Below, in pieces: positions 1-11,376 of a stretch of 64,000 bases of DNA. Position numbers and translations under genes: made by a program. Within the stretch, counting starts at the first letter, position 1. Each line of letters begins with the position of its first letter. This stretch comes from Halodesulfurarchaeum sp. (GTDB lineage Archaea > Halobacteriota > Halobacteria > Halobacteriales > Halobacteriaceae): NCBI GenBank assembly GCA_042216015.1, contig JBDGUI010000013.1, positions 22,838-86,837 on the forward strand, in the 5' to 3' direction. Under the pieces are notes generated by a model. The model had not been told where the DNA came from. It made no database searches and worked only from the letters and a program-made list of their open reading frames with translations.

Positions 1-2
1 TC

Positions 3-1016
3 GGTCCCGTCGTGGAGCGGGCGATCCGGGTCGGCAAGCGGGTCAGGTCCGAGACCCGGATCAACGAGGGCAACTCCTCGATGGGCACCGCGGCGGCCGA
101 ACTCGCCAGCCGGCAGGTCGAGGACATCGCGGCGTCCCGGGCCATCGTCATCGGGGCCGGCGAGATGGGTCGACTCGTCGCCTCCCCGCTCGCGGATCGG
201 GGGGCGGACATCCTGGTGACCAACCGGACCTACGAGTCGGCGAAGGATCTCGCCGATCGGGTCGACGGCACCCCGATCTGCTTCGAGGCCGTCCAGTCGC
301 GTCTCCAGTACGTCGACCTGGTCGTCACCGCGACTGACGCCCCTCACCCCATTCTGGACGAGGTGACCTTCGAGGGGGCTGATGTCGTCGCGCTGGATCT
401 GTCGAATCCGCCGGACATCGACCCGTCGGTCGAGGAACTCGACTCGGTTCGAGTGTTCGATATCGACGACATCGGCAGCATCGTCGACAGCGCGATGGCC
501 CGGCGCAGCGAGGCGGCCACGGAGGCCGAGACGATCGTCGACCGGGAGATGGCGGCCCTCGAGCGCGACCTGAAAAAACGGGAGGCCGAATCGATGCTCT
601 CGACCATCTATGAGCGGGCCGAGGAGCTCCGTGCGGCCGAAGTTCGGCGAGCCGCCAACCGCCTCGAGGAGAAGGGTGGCCTGAACGAGGCGGAGCGGGA
701 GATCCTCGAGGAGATGGGCTCTGCACTCGTCAACAAACTCCTCTCGACGCCGACCCGGACGATCAAGGAGGCCGCCGTCTCCGAGGACTACCAGACCCTG
801 CAGGCGGTCGCCGAAGTCTTCCAGGTGCCGGAGACCCCCTCGGCGGGCGATGGACGGCCCAATCCGGGGGGCGAGGGGCAACCCAACCCGGCGAGCGATG
901 GAGAGCCAAAGTCAGCAGGTGAGGGGCAGCCCGAACCGGCTGGAGAGGACCCAGCGGACCCGTCCGACCCGGCGGCCACCGGGTCCGACACGGTCGAGAA
1001 CGGGCCAGATTCGTAG
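3..1016 (+). CDS. hemA: Glutamyl-tRNA reductase, 5'-truncated by the window edge
   Basis: AIRVGKRVRSET, NADPH-binding VIGAGEMG, VTNRT, DLSNPPDID and dimerisation-domain LVNKLL motifs; ORF is open to the window start. Confidence 0.9.
   Translation, partial: GPVVERAIRVGKRVRSETRINEGNSSMGTAAAELASRQVEDIAASRAIVIGAGEMGRLVASPLADRGADILVTNRTYESAKDLADRVDGTPICFEAVQSRLQYVDLVVTATDAPHPILDEVTFEGADVVALDLSNPPDIDPSVEELDSVRVFDIDDIGSIVDSAMARRSEAATEAETIVDREMAALERDLKKREAESMLSTIYERAEELRAAEVRRAANRLEEKGGLNEAEREILEEMGSALVNKLLSTPTRTIKEAAVSEDYQTLQAVAEVFQVPETPSAGDGRPNPGGEGQPNPASDGEPKSAGEGQPEPAGEDPADPSDPAATGSDTVENGPDS
840..959 (+). repeat. Five imperfect 24-nt (8-aa) tandem repeats in the HemA C-terminal tail
   Basis: SAGDGRPN/PGGEGQPN/PASDGEPK/SAGEGQPE/PAGEDPAD. 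Confidence 0.8.
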
Positions 1017-1111
1017 CGGTCGGCCACCGCAGGATTGGTGATGGTCGGTCACTGCAGTGGGTCCGCCGACCCAAAGGAACTTGATTATCCGGGCCATACA
1101 ACCGCCAAACG

Positions 1112-2341
<1,230 letters not shown>

Positions 2342-2394
2342 CGGCTCCGGCCACGGGTTTCGACCGGCCGGGATGGTGCACGGACCGCCCCCGG

Positions 2395-2476
2395 GACTCG
2401 GACTGGGCCGAACCGGTTTTCCAATGGACTCGGTTCGGACCGAACCGGTTTCCCGAACGACTCGGACCGAACCGAC
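2395..2476. repeat. Imperfect 32-nt-period tandem repeat (about 2.5 copies) upstream of pdaD
   Basis: GACTCGG...CCGAACCG units starting at 2395, 2427 and 2459. Confidence 0.65.
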
Positions 2477-2510
2477 ATGGATTAATTCGACACGCCCATT
2501 TTCAGAGAGG

Positions 2511-2984
2511 ATGGGGACGATCAGGGTCGTCTGGGGCACGGGACGCGGGCCGACCGAGACTGCGGCCTACGACGCCGCGCTCGCCGCGGCCAACGTCCAC
2601 AACTACAATCTCGTGAGCGTCTCCTCCATTATCCCGGCCGACGGAACGGTCGTCCGGAGCGACACCGCCCCGGATCTCGGCCCGGCCGGATACCGCCTCA
2701 CGGTCGTCGAGGGGTCCTCGACGGTGACGGGGCCGGGGGTCACCTCGGCCGCGCTCGCCTGGACGACGGGCGAGGGTCCCGGACTCTTCTACGAGTCGGC
2801 CGGTCCTTCGGAGCCCGAATCCGTCGAGACGCGGGTTCGGGAGGGCATCGAGGCCGGACGGGAACTCCGTGACTGGCCGGTGGACGGCGTCGAAACCCAG
2901 ACGGCGACCATCGAGGCCGAGAGTGGAGAGTACGCCAGCGCGGTGGTCCTTGCCGTCTACGGCGAGGCCGAACCGATCCTGTGA
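2511..2984 (+). CDS. pdaD: Pyruvoyl-dependent arginine decarboxylase
   Basis: YDAALAAANVHNYNLVSVSSIIP contains the Ser-Ser self-cleavage motif; start moved to ATG 2511 behind an ATTAATT box. Confidence 0.9.
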   Translation: MGTIRVVWGTGRGPTETAAYDAALAAANVHNYNLVSVSSIIPADGTVVRSDTAPDLGPAGYRLTVVEGSSTVTGPGVTSAALAWTTGEGPGLFYESAGPSEPESVETRVREGIEAGRELRDWPVDGVETQTATIEAESGEYASAVVLAVYGEAEPIL

Positions 2985-3122
2985 GATGGGGCCCCGATCG
3001 GGGATCCCTCGGCCGATTCGACCACTTTTCAGCCCCCGAAGCGGGCCGCTGGGCCGTGAAACCCGGCGATTGCCCGCTTCGACCGAAAGGGTTTACGCGG
3101 CAGGGGCCGCTATCGAATGGTA

Positions 3123-3491
3123 ATGTATGGAAACACGCCGTATGCGGGCCGGCCGGCCGAGGGAGACACCCCGGAGGTCTCGGCCACGACGCGGCGAGCC
3201 CTTCAGGAGCGGGTTTCCCACGTCGAGAAGCGCACCCGCCGATATCTCCCGGACGAGTACCAGGTCGGTTCCCAGGTGGTCAGCTCGACCACCGGGGCCC
3301 AGGTGACCGTCGCGGTGCGACCACCGATTGGAAACCCGGTCAGCGCTGGATTCACGCCGGACCTGGAAAACCCGGCTGAGGACCCGATCTCGGGCGAGGA
3401 CGTCGAGGAGGTCGCTCGCGGTCTCGCGGCGAGTGCCGCCCTGCAGGTCAAACAGGCACTCGGCGACGACGTGCCCCCGATGGCACGGTAG
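3123..3491 (+). CDS. Conserved haloarchaeal hypothetical protein (DUF5811-like)
   Basis: MYGNTPYAG...GLAASAALQVKQAL...AR pattern recalled from haloarchaeal proteins; GTTTAC box upstream. Confidence 0.7.
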   Translation: MYGNTPYAGRPAEGDTPEVSATTRRALQERVSHVEKRTRRYLPDEYQVGSQVVSSTTGAQVTVAVRPPIGNPVSAGFTPDLENPAEDPISGEDVEEVARGLAASAALQVKQALGDDVPPMAR

Positions 3492-3553
3492 AACGGATTT
3501 CGGTCATTACTGACAGTACTGCGGTTTTCCTCGATACGACCCGCCCGAGCTTG

Positions 3554-3691
3554 CTAGCTGGCCCGACAGGTCGGGCAGGTGTGGTCCTCCCCGTAATCGA
3601 CCAGCCCGACGGCCTTCCGCCCGCTGTGTCGCCAGAAGCTGTTGCAGTTCGGGCACTCCCTGATCTGGTGGAACTGGGTTGCGTGTTGCAT
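3554..3691 (-). CDS. 45-aa CPxC zinc-finger microprotein (absent from the ORF track)
   Basis: Hand translation MQHATQFHQIRECPNCNSFWRHSGRKAVGLVDYGEDHTCPTCRAS*; CTTAAG box about 31 nt upstream. Confidence 0.75.
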   Translation of the reverse strand: MQHATQFHQIRECPNCNSFWRHSGRKAVGLVDYGEDHTCPTCRAS

Positions 3692-4054
3692 CACGTCGTA
3701 TCCATCATGGTTGTGCACTTAAGGATTATCCTGAAACATGTGCTAACAATATTAGATCATTAAACACATATAAGGACAATCGAAAGGCGCCACTTTCCAC
3801 TTTCGTGTATCGGGCCGATCGGCAAACCGGCACGTGGGACCGATTCAGTCATTCCGAACCCAGCGAAAGGCGGGAGGACCCCTCATCGGTGGACTCGTCG
3901 AGGAATGGTCGGCCGCCTCGATGAAATGGCTGTGGGGGCACTTTAATGGCAGACACAGGGAGGCAGACGATTTGCCCTCATCTGGAGTTGGTGGGTAACA
4001 GCTCCCGGACATACTTCGTTGCTGAACGAAGACAGTCTATACAGCAACGACTTC

Positions 4055-4159
4055 GCCCCCTGATCTCGAATCGCGAATCGCCGGCAGGTCCATCGTTCCA
4101 TCGATCTCCCAGTTCCGAGCCTCCATGATCTGCTTGACAATACTCCAACCGATCCCGGG
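4055..4159 (-). pseudogene. Frameshifted remnant of a histidine kinase HATPase C-terminus
   Basis: PGIGWSIVKQIMEARNWEIDG then, after a 1-nt shift, DGPAGDSRFEIRG; compare GFGLSIVQHVVESHGWNI...GGARFEISG in the neighbouring intact kinase. Confidence 0.7.
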
Positions 4160-4310
4160 GGGAAATATCGTGTGACTAGTTCTTTCAAGAGACTAAAAAT
4201 AGATAACGTATGGACTCAGCGGACGTGACGCTGCCGCCATTCCATTCCATCACATATTGGATTACTTATTAGGACATCGCTCTTCTTTCCCTACAGGGTA
4301 TCAATTTACG

Positions 4311-5843
4311 ATGGATGGTGATTCTGGCGGAGGCCCCGAAAGATGGGACGAGGAGTGGACGTTTGATTTTGCCTCCGCCGATCGGCGCAAGCCTTTGATC
4401 GGGTTGTTCATCGCTGGGGTTACTTTTGTCGGGGCCTTTCTCCTCCAGGCGGCGAATTATCTGCTGTTCCACAGTCTCGCAGAAATGTTTAGTATCGTCA
4501 TCGCGAGTGGGGTGTTTATCATCGCCTGGAATTCACGAAAGCGGATTGCAAACAACTTCTTCATTATTATTGGAGTTTCGTATGGGTCGATCGCGATTCT
4601 CGATCTCATCCACGCACTCTCCTATGCTGGAATGGGAGTGTTTCCAGCATATGGGGCAAATCTTCCGACAGAATTATGGATCGGAGCACGATTGATAGAG
4701 GCACTTTCATTGGCAGTCGGAGCGGTGTTCGTCGCGAATTCCAAACTCAATGCCAGAATTTCGCTTGGACAGGATCTGACGGAGGATCTGTTGTTAGTTT
4801 CCACCTATTGTCTCATTACCACACTCGTATTGGGGTCGGTATTCCTCGGCATGTTTCCGGATGCGTATATCGAGGGGGTCGGCTTGACCACGTTCAAAAT
4901 ACTGAGCGAATATGTCATTATCGCGCTTCTCGTGATAGCCCTGGGATTGCTCTACCGGAACCGGCAGGTTTTCGAGAAGCGCATATTCCGGTATCTCGGA
5001 GTCGCAATCGTCCTCACAATCGGGGCCGAGTTCATGTTCACCCTCTATCTCAGCGTGTACGGAATCTCGAACATGCTCGGGCACGTTTTGAAAATCGCGT
5101 CGTTTTACTTCATCTATGTGGCCGTCATCAGGACGGGGATACGGGAGCCCCAGCGGGTCCTGTTTCGACAGCTAGCCGAAGAACGACGTGAATTAGCCGC
5201 CCGTAAAGAAGAACTCGAACGTCAAAACGATCGTTTGGATCAATTTGCAAGTCTCGTCTCCCATGATCTTCGGAATCCGCTCACTGTCGCGCAAGGACGG
5301 ATAGAACTTGCACGTGAATCGGCCGATAGCCCGCATTTGGATAAGGCGGCAAAGGCGATCAATCGAAGCTTGGATTTGATCGAGGATATGCTGTCACTGG
5401 CCCGGGCGGGTCGGCACGTGAGCGAGAAAGAAACCGTCGAACTTGAGGCCCTCGTCGAGAGCTGCTGGAATACTGTGGATACTGCGGAGGCAACGATTGA
5501 GTCCGATATCGATCGCTCGGTACGAGCGGATCGAAGTCGGCTGCAACAACTCGTTGAAAACCTCATTCGAAATGCGGTCGATCATGGAGGCGAGGATGTG
5601 ACCATTAGAATCGGACCGCTTCCAGATGGGTTCTTTATCGAAGACGATGGGCCAGGCATCCCACCTGAGGAACGGGAGCAAGTGTTCGAATCGGAGTATT
5701 CGACCGCTGAGAAGGGGACCGGATTCGGACTGTCCATCGTTCAGCACGTCGTTGAATCTCACGGCTGGAATATCCAGGTTACCGAAAGTGCTGACGGGGG
5801 TGCCAGGTTCGAAATATCCGGTGTTGAATCGGTAAACAAGTGA
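4311..5843 (+). CDS. MASE3-domain membrane sensor histidine kinase
   Basis: YLLFHSLAEMFSIVIA...ILDLIHALSYAGMGVF (MASE3-like transmembrane region), H-box VSHDLRNPL, ENLIRNA, DDGPGI, GTGFGL. Confidence 0.88.
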   Translation: MDGDSGGGPERWDEEWTFDFASADRRKPLIGLFIAGVTFVGAFLLQAANYLLFHSLAEMFSIVIASGVFIIAWNSRKRIANNFFIIIGVSYGSIAILDLIHALSYAGMGVFPAYGANLPTELWIGARLIEALSLAVGAVFVANSKLNARISLGQDLTEDLLLVSTYCLITTLVLGSVFLGMFPDAYIEGVGLTTFKILSEYVIIALLVIALGLLYRNRQVFEKRIFRYLGVAIVLTIGAEFMFTLYLSVYGISNMLGHVLKIASFYFIYVAVIRTGIREPQRVLFRQLAEERRELAARKEELERQNDRLDQFASLVSHDLRNPLTVAQGRIELARESADSPHLDKAAKAINRSLDLIEDMLSLARAGRHVSEKETVELEALVESCWNTVDTAEATIESDIDRSVRADRSRLQQLVENLIRNAVDHGGEDVTIRIGPLPDGFFIEDDGPGIPPEEREQVFESEYSTAEKGTGFGLSIVQHVVESHGWNIQVTESADGGARFEISGVESVNK

Positions 5844-5997
5844 TATTTGAATAACTTCACCTGACGATCGCTAGATGTCCTCCTCAACATCAGTTTTTGA
5901 AATAATTTCGTGCTGCATTCGCGCCATGAATTACGCACGTGTGATTTCTCGGAGTATCGAGACGTCCATCAGAAATCGTGATCCGAACGTGACACTC

Positions 5998-6183
5998 TCA
6001 TTGTCTTCCGTGATTCCCGACCGAATCGAATTCGTTCACCAACAGTGGGGCGATCACGCCCAGCCCGATGAGCACCGCGAGCCCGGCCTCGCTCGGCAGG
6101 TCGGTCCACCGCATGAGGCCGAAACTCGCGGCGATCGCGAGGAGGCCGAAGCCCGCGATGATCGTGTTCTCCCGGGACGGCAT
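5998..6183 (-). CDS. Small membrane protein with two predicted TM helices, downstream of infB
   Basis: 61-aa hydrophobic ORF starting 1 nt after the infB stop codon. Confidence 0.6.
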   Translation of the reverse strand: MPSRENTIIAGFGLLAIAASFGLMRWTDLPSEAGLAVLIGLGVIAPLLVNEFDSVGNHGRQ

Positions 6184-6184
6184 G

Positions 6185-7984
6185 CTATTTTCCCCAGAAT
6201 GGGTCTTTCTTCCGTCGCTTTTCGAGAAACATCGCCAGGGCCTCGCGTTCGTCGGCCGGGAGATCCTCGCGAAGCTCCTGCTCGAGCACCTTGGCGTGGT
6301 TCTCCGGCACGTCGACCCAGAGGACGTCCTCCTCGTCGATTCCGCGGCCCACCGTCGGCCCCTCGATGGAGACCGCAGCCCGCTCGCCGGCCCGCAACTT
6401 CTCGACCTCCTCGCCCTCGTCCTGGATCGTCTTCAACACGCCCACGCGCTCGAAGTCGCCGTTCTCGAGAAAGCCGACGGGGACGTTCCGGCCCAGGGTC
6501 CCCGTCGCGACCTCCACCCCGACCACCGCCGGCCCCGACTGGCGGAAGACGTGATCCCGGAGAATCCGGAACCGGGCCGGACGGATGACGTTCTCGAAGA
6601 CGGCCTCGCGCTGGCGCTCGCGGATCCCCTCGACGAATTCCTCGTAGTCCTCGATGAGCTGGTAGATGACGTCGTCCTCGAAGAGCTGCACGCCCGACTC
6701 GGCGGCCAGCTCGGCGGCGTCGTCGTGTACGTCCACGTTGAACCCCAGGATGGCCTGATGGGTGCCCTCCTCGGCCGTGGAGGCGACGCTCACGTCCCGC
6801 GGGGCGACGTCGCCGACCTCGGCCCGCAGGATCGGAATCTCGGCCTCGCGAAGCGAGTTGGCGATGGCCTCGAGACTCCCCAGGGTGTCGGCCTTGACGA
6901 CGATTCCGTCGTCGTCGGTTTCGACGGCCACCTCGGCCAACTCCTCCTCGACCGCCTCGAGGACGGTCTCGGTCTCGCGGTCGCCGACGACCCGGACCGG
7001 GGCGCCCGACATGGCGTCCTTGAGGTCCGGCGCGGCGATCTTCAGGCCCATCGCCGCGGAGACCGACTCGACCCGCTCGAACCGCTTCTCCGTGCGGATC
7101 TCCGCGAGGTTCCGCGGCTGGAGCAGCGCCCTCACGGTGGTGACGATCGGCCCCTGTGTCCCACCGACGACGATGGTATCGCCCTCCTCGATCGTGCCGT
7201 CATAGAGGATCACGTCGAGGGTCGAGCCGAATCCACGCTCCTCGGTGACCTCGAGGACGGTTCCCGCCCCCGGGCCCGCGATGTCGATCTCCATCTCCTC
7301 ACTCATGTAGCGCTGGGCAAGCCCCATGAGGACCGCGAGCAGATCCGGGATCCCCTCGCCGGTCTCCGCGCTCACGGGGATCACGCCGACGTTCTGCTGG
7401 AAGTCGGAGACCCGCCAGTAGAAGTCCGCGGAGAAGCCCGCATCCGAGAGGTCCCCGATGATCTCATAGAGGTACTCGTCGAGGGTCGACCGGACCCGGT
7501 CGCTCTGGGCGTCGTAACTGGCCTTGCTCGGGGAGTCCGGGTTCGGATTCCACCCCGGAATCGTGTCGATCTTGTTCGCGGCGACGACGAACGGCGTCTC
7601 GCTGTCCCGCAGGATCGAGACGGCCTCGTGGGTCTGGGGCTGGAATCCGTCGCTCACGTCGACCACGAGGATCGCGATGTCCGCGAGCGCCCCGCCTCGG
7701 GCCCGAAGCGTCGTGAAGGCGTGATGGCCGGGCGTGTCGATGAAGAGCAGGCCCGGCAGGTCGAACTCAGTCGGATCGACCAGGTCCCCCGCGATGGTCG
7801 AGACGACGTCGAGGGGGACCGCTGTCGCCCCGATGTGCTGGGTGATGGCCCCGGATTCCCCTTCGCTCACGGCCGAGCCCCGAACCGTGTCGAGGAGACT
7901 CGTCTTGCCGTGGTCGACGTGGCCCAGCACGGCCACGATGGGGGTGCGAAACGTGTCGGCGTGATTTGACTCGGAATCGGACAT
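6185..7984 (-). CDS. infB: Translation initiation factor IF-2 (aIF5B)
   Basis: [34 protein letters not shown]; ends KDPFWGK. Confidence 0.97.
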   Translation of the reverse strand: MSDSESNHADTFRTPIVAVLGHVDHGKTSLLDTVRGSAVSEGESGAITQHIGATAVPLDVVSTIAGDLVDPTEFDLPGLLFIDTPGHHAFTTLRARGGALADIAILVVDVSDGFQPQTHEAVSILRDSETPFVVAANKIDTIPGWNPNPDSPSKASYDAQSDRVRSTLDEYLYEIIGDLSDAGFSADFYWRVSDFQQNVGVIPVSAETGEGIPDLLAVLMGLAQRYMSEEMEIDIAGPGAGTVLEVTEERGFGSTLDVILYDGTIEEGDTIVVGGTQGPIVTTVRALLQPRNLAEIRTEKRFERVESVSAAMGLKIAAPDLKDAMSGAPVRVVGDRETETVLEAVEEELAEVAVETDDDGIVVKADTLGSLEAIANSLREAEIPILRAEVGDVAPRDVSVASTAEEGTHQAILGFNVDVHDDAAELAAESGVQLFEDDVIYQLIEDYEEFVEGIRERQREAVFENVIRPARFRILRDHVFRQSGPAVVGVEVATGTLGRNVPVGFLENGDFERVGVLKTIQDEGEEVEKLRAGERAAVSIEGPTVGRGIDEEDVLWVDVPENHAKVLEQELREDLPADEREALAMFLEKRRKKDPFWGK

Positions 7985-8142
7985 AGAACTCTCCGAGAAA
8001 CTCGGTACGTCGACTAACCCGTCGCCGAAAGTTAACTCCATCGTCACGGGGCCGAAGTGCCCCCGACTGGGGGTGTCGCCAGCCGGGAACCCCGGCGGGT
8101 CGGCCCACGGCATTTAAGGTCGCGGGTCGAGTCCCCTCGGGT

Positions 8143-8385
8143 ATGGCCGATATGCTCGCAGAAACCCTCTCGGGGAAGTCGGTGATGGGGGCCGACGGCA
8201 CCGAACTCGGGGAGCTTTACAACGTCACGATGGATCTGGAGACCGGGCGACTCGAACATCTGCTCGTTTCGCCACTCGAGGAGGGATCGGCGCAGGTCGA
8301 CTTCCCGACGGACGAGGGCGGTCGCTTCGAAATCCCGGTCTCCCGGGTGCAGGCGGTCAAGGACTACATCGTCGTCGAGCGGTAG
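8143..8385 (+). CDS. PRC-barrel domain protein
   Basis: LSGKSVMGADGTELGELYNVTMD...IPVSRVQAVKDYIVV; sits directly upstream of nob1. Confidence 0.85.
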   Translation: MADMLAETLSGKSVMGADGTELGELYNVTMDLETGRLEHLLVSPLEEGSAQVDFPTDEGGRFEIPVSRVQAVKDYIVVER

Positions 8386-8844
8386 ATGTACGTGCTCGAC
8401 GCGTCGGCGTTCATCGAGGAGTTCGAGACGGAGGAACCGGTCGCGACGATCCCCGCCGTCCGCGAGGAACTCAGGGACGGCGCGGGCTATCGCTACGACG
8501 CCATGGAGGGGGCCGGGATGCACGTTCACATTCCGGACGCCGACATCCTCGACCGCGTTCGTCGCGTTGCGAACTCGACCGGGGACCTCGACGTGCTCTC
8601 CGGGACCGACCTCCGGTTGCTCGCGGCGGCGTCCGAACTCGATGGGACCCTGGTGACCGATGATTACGCCATGCAGAACGTCGCGGACGCGCTCGAACTG
8701 ACGACGAAGGGCATCGCCCAGGACGGTATCACCGAGCGGCGGGACTGGCACTTCCAGTGTCAGGGCTGTGGTCGGGAATTCGAGGAATACCACGATCGGT
8801 GTCCGATCTGTGGCTCCGATCTGGCCCGGAAGAACCCGAGTTGA
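8386..8844 (+). CDS. nob1: NOB1 family PIN endonuclease
   Basis: VLDASAFI, LSGTD, TDDYAMQNVA and a C-terminal CQGC/CPICGS zinc ribbon. Confidence 0.92.
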   Translation: MYVLDASAFIEEFETEEPVATIPAVREELRDGAGYRYDAMEGAGMHVHIPDADILDRVRRVANSTGDLDVLSGTDLRLLAAASELDGTLVTDDYAMQNVADALELTTKGIAQDGITERRDWHFQCQGCGREFEEYHDRCPICGSDLARKNPS

Positions 8845-8887
8845 TCGGCCGGGATGGGCCGAGACCGCCGGGTATCGGGCCGGCGGA

Positions 8888-9964
8888 TCACAGGCCCCCT
8901 GACGTGACCAGCAGGTAGGCGAAGACGAACTGCACCGCGTTGTAGGTCCCATGGACCAGTGCCGGCACGACCACGTTTTCCGTACGCTCGTAGACGATCC
9001 CCAGCACCAGCGAGATGACGAACAGCTGGAGCAGGGTTCCGAATATCGCCGAAGGAGGGCCGGTCGCATAGGCCGGCAGGTGGATCGCGGTGAAGACGAG
9101 GGTCCCCACGAGCACCGCTGACGGCCGGGAGAACCCGTCGTAGAGGTGCTTCTGGACGATGTTCCGCGAGAGGAGCTCCTCGCCCGGCCCGATGGCGAGC
9201 CAGGACAGCGGAACGAAGACGAGCAGGATCATCGGCGCCTCCCGCGCCTCTTCGACCAGTCCGTGTTCGGCCGAGGGGATGCCAAGTAGCCCGGTGAGGA
9301 CGCCCAGTCCGCCGAGGAGGCCGAACATCCCGATCGTTCCCCCGATCACGTAGAGCCACCCCCGCCTCGTCGGCATCGCCACGTCGATGAAGGACCAGTC
9401 GCGGTCGGTCAGCACGAGGTACCCGATGGCGACGACGCCGAGTCCGAGGCTGAACGCGACGGTTCCGACTCCGCTACTCACGACCGTTCCGCGGCCGGCG
9501 ACCACGAGGGAGGCTCCGATCGAGAACAGGAATCCGACGAGCAGTCCCGTGAGACCGATGAATAGGGCGTCGGCAGCGTAGCGGCCCCGCACGAGTACGG
9601 CCCGGCGATCCTGCCCCAGGTAGTCGCCGGTCGCCACGCCAAGAGCGAGGAGGCCGACGACGAAGGCGACCGGAACTCCCACCCCGACTCCCTTCCCTGC
9701 CGACGGGTGGAGGACTGCGACGCTCGCCGCTGCCAGCAGACCGCCCGATCCGATCCCGGCGAGGACGGTCGATCGCCGGTCCGCGAGGCCGTACCGGCGG
9801 AGGGTGAAACCTCCGAACGCGATCAGGCCGAACACCACCCCGGGAACGCTCTCGACCGGACCGATGGCGACCGGATCGATCCACCGCAGAAAGCCGGTTG
9901 CAACCCCGACTCCGGCCAGGACGAACCCGAGTGAGGGGGCGAACCGATCGTCGGTCCCGGTCAT
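8888..9964 (-). CDS. CPBP (CAAX/Abi) intramembrane metalloprotease
   Basis: GPGEELLSR, FTAIH, HGTYN motifs; multiple TM segments. Confidence 0.9.
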   Translation of the reverse strand: MTGTDDRFAPSLGFVLAGVGVATGFLRWIDPVAIGPVESVPGVVFGLIAFGGFTLRRYGLADRRSTVLAGIGSGGLLAAASVAVLHPSAGKGVGVGVPVAFVVGLLALGVATGDYLGQDRRAVLVRGRYAADALFIGLTGLLVGFLFSIGASLVVAGRGTVVSSGVGTVAFSLGLGVVAIGYLVLTDRDWSFIDVAMPTRRGWLYVIGGTIGMFGLLGGLGVLTGLLGIPSAEHGLVEEAREAPMILLVFVPLSWLAIGPGEELLSRNIVQKHLYDGFSRPSAVLVGTLVFTAIHLPAYATGPPSAIFGTLLQLFVISLVLGIVYERTENVVVPALVHGTYNAVQFVFAYLLVTSGGL

Positions 9965-9995
9965 CCGGTTTCACCGTCCATTCCCGCGATCCGAT

Positions 9996-11303
9996 TCATG
10001 CAGCCCCACCTCCATTCGCTCCGCCGTCGTCGATCACGAGGTCGTCGTTGGCTTCGAGGGTCCGCTCCCCCTTGAGGAGTTCCCTGGCGGTCTCCTTCCC
10101 CCACTCCACGGCGGGCTGGGTGAACGTCTCGACGCCGGCCAGCTCGCCGGCCATGATGCAGGCCGCCTCCATCGTGTAGAGCAGCTCCCCGATGCCCGCG
10201 GCGTCGAGCGAATCGATCTCGATCCGGACGGTGGGAACCCTGGATTTCCGGAGGCTCGCCTCGGTCGCCTCGAACTCCGCATCGATTAGTTCCCGGAGGT
10301 CGGCCCCGCCGAGATAGGAGAGCTCCTCGTGATCGGCTTCGGGGATGGGAACGGACTGGCGCTTTGTGGGACGCACGAGGGTCACCACCTTGTCCGTCGG
10401 GCCGGCCCGGTAGAGCTGGAGCTGTGAGTGCTGGTCGGTCGCCCCGAGCGCGCGGGCCGGGGTCTGGCCCCGCCCGTCCTTACCGAGGCTCTCGGCCCAG
10501 AGCTGAGCGAACCACTCCGCGAACGGCTCGAGGCCCTCGGCGTAGGGCATCATCGCGGCGACTGTTGCGCCTCGCTCCTCGAGGGCGTGCATCGTTGCGC
10601 CGTAGGCGTAGGCCGGTGACTCGAAGAGCGAGACCGAAAGCGAATCGGCCGCGCGGGTTCCCCCGGCGAGGATCGCCTCGAGGTCCAGCCCCTCGAAGGC
10701 GGCCGCCGCGAGACCCACCGCCGACAGCGCCGAAAACCGGCCGGGGACGCCCTTCGGCACCGAGAGGACGGGAAGCCCGTGGTGCTCGGCGAGCGAGCGA
10801 AGCGGTCCCGAGTCCCCGGTCGTGACGACGGTCCGCTCGGTCCAGTCCACCCCCGCCCCCGCCATGGCGTCCCGGATCACGAGGAAGTTCGCGAGCGTCT
10901 CCGCGGTCGTTCCCGACCGGGAGACGACGTTCATCGCCACCGTCGAGAGGTCCAGTTCCTCGAGGAGGGAGGCGGTCGCAGCCGGGTCGACGTTGTCGAG
11001 AAAGCGGGTGTCGCCGTCGCCGTCGAGCGCCCCCGTGATCGTCGCCGCTCCCAGGGCGCTCCCGCCGATGCCGACGGTCAGAAACGTCTCGGCCGGACGA
11101 ACCTCGTCGACGGCCGTCTCGATCCGGTCCGGATCGGTCCGTTCCGGGAGATTCAGGGCCGCGTAGCCGTGTTCGTCCCGTCGGCGTCCGGCCGCAATTC
11201 GCTCGGCGGCGGTTGCCACGCGCCCCTCGAGGGTCTCGAGATCCGACCGGGAGACCCCGATCGGTCCGTGCTCGGCGAGGGCGTATCCGAGATGGAGTCG
11301 CAT
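9996..11303 (-). CDS. pgi: Glucose-6-phosphate isomerase
   Basis: GIGGSALG, SRSGTTAET, VPGRFSALS, QLWAESLGK, GATDQHSQLQ, QPAVEWGK. Confidence 0.95.
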   Translation of the reverse strand: MRLHLGYALAEHGPIGVSRSDLETLEGRVATAAERIAAGRRRDEHGYAALNLPERTDPDRIETAVDEVRPAETFLTVGIGGSALGAATITGALDGDGDTRFLDNVDPAATASLLEELDLSTVAMNVVSRSGTTAETLANFLVIRDAMAGAGVDWTERTVVTTGDSGPLRSLAEHHGLPVLSVPKGVPGRFSALSAVGLAAAAFEGLDLEAILAGGTRAADSLSVSLFESPAYAYGATMHALEERGATVAAMMPYAEGLEPFAEWFAQLWAESLGKDGRGQTPARALGATDQHSQLQLYRAGPTDKVVTLVRPTKRQSVPIPEADHEELSYLGGADLRELIDAEFEATEASLRKSRVPTVRIEIDSLDAAGIGELLYTMEAACIMAGELAGVETFTQPAVEWGKETARELLKGERTLEANDDLVIDDGGANGGGAA

Positions 11304-11376
11304 ACCTGCAGTGTGGTCCGGGGACCTAAGTCGTTTTCCGGTTCGGCGGCGGGTTTTTACGAGGCCGATTCCCCGA

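Noticed and set aside
2395..2476. Possible mini-CRISPR array
   Set aside because: Units are adjacent and degenerate with no unique spacers, and there are no cas genes in the window
6068..7969. Long antisense or alternative-frame ORFs (also 26176-27777, 33791-35692, 51149-53533, 55549-57441 and others)
   Set aside because: Shadows of real genes caused by high-GC codon bias; no recognisable motifs
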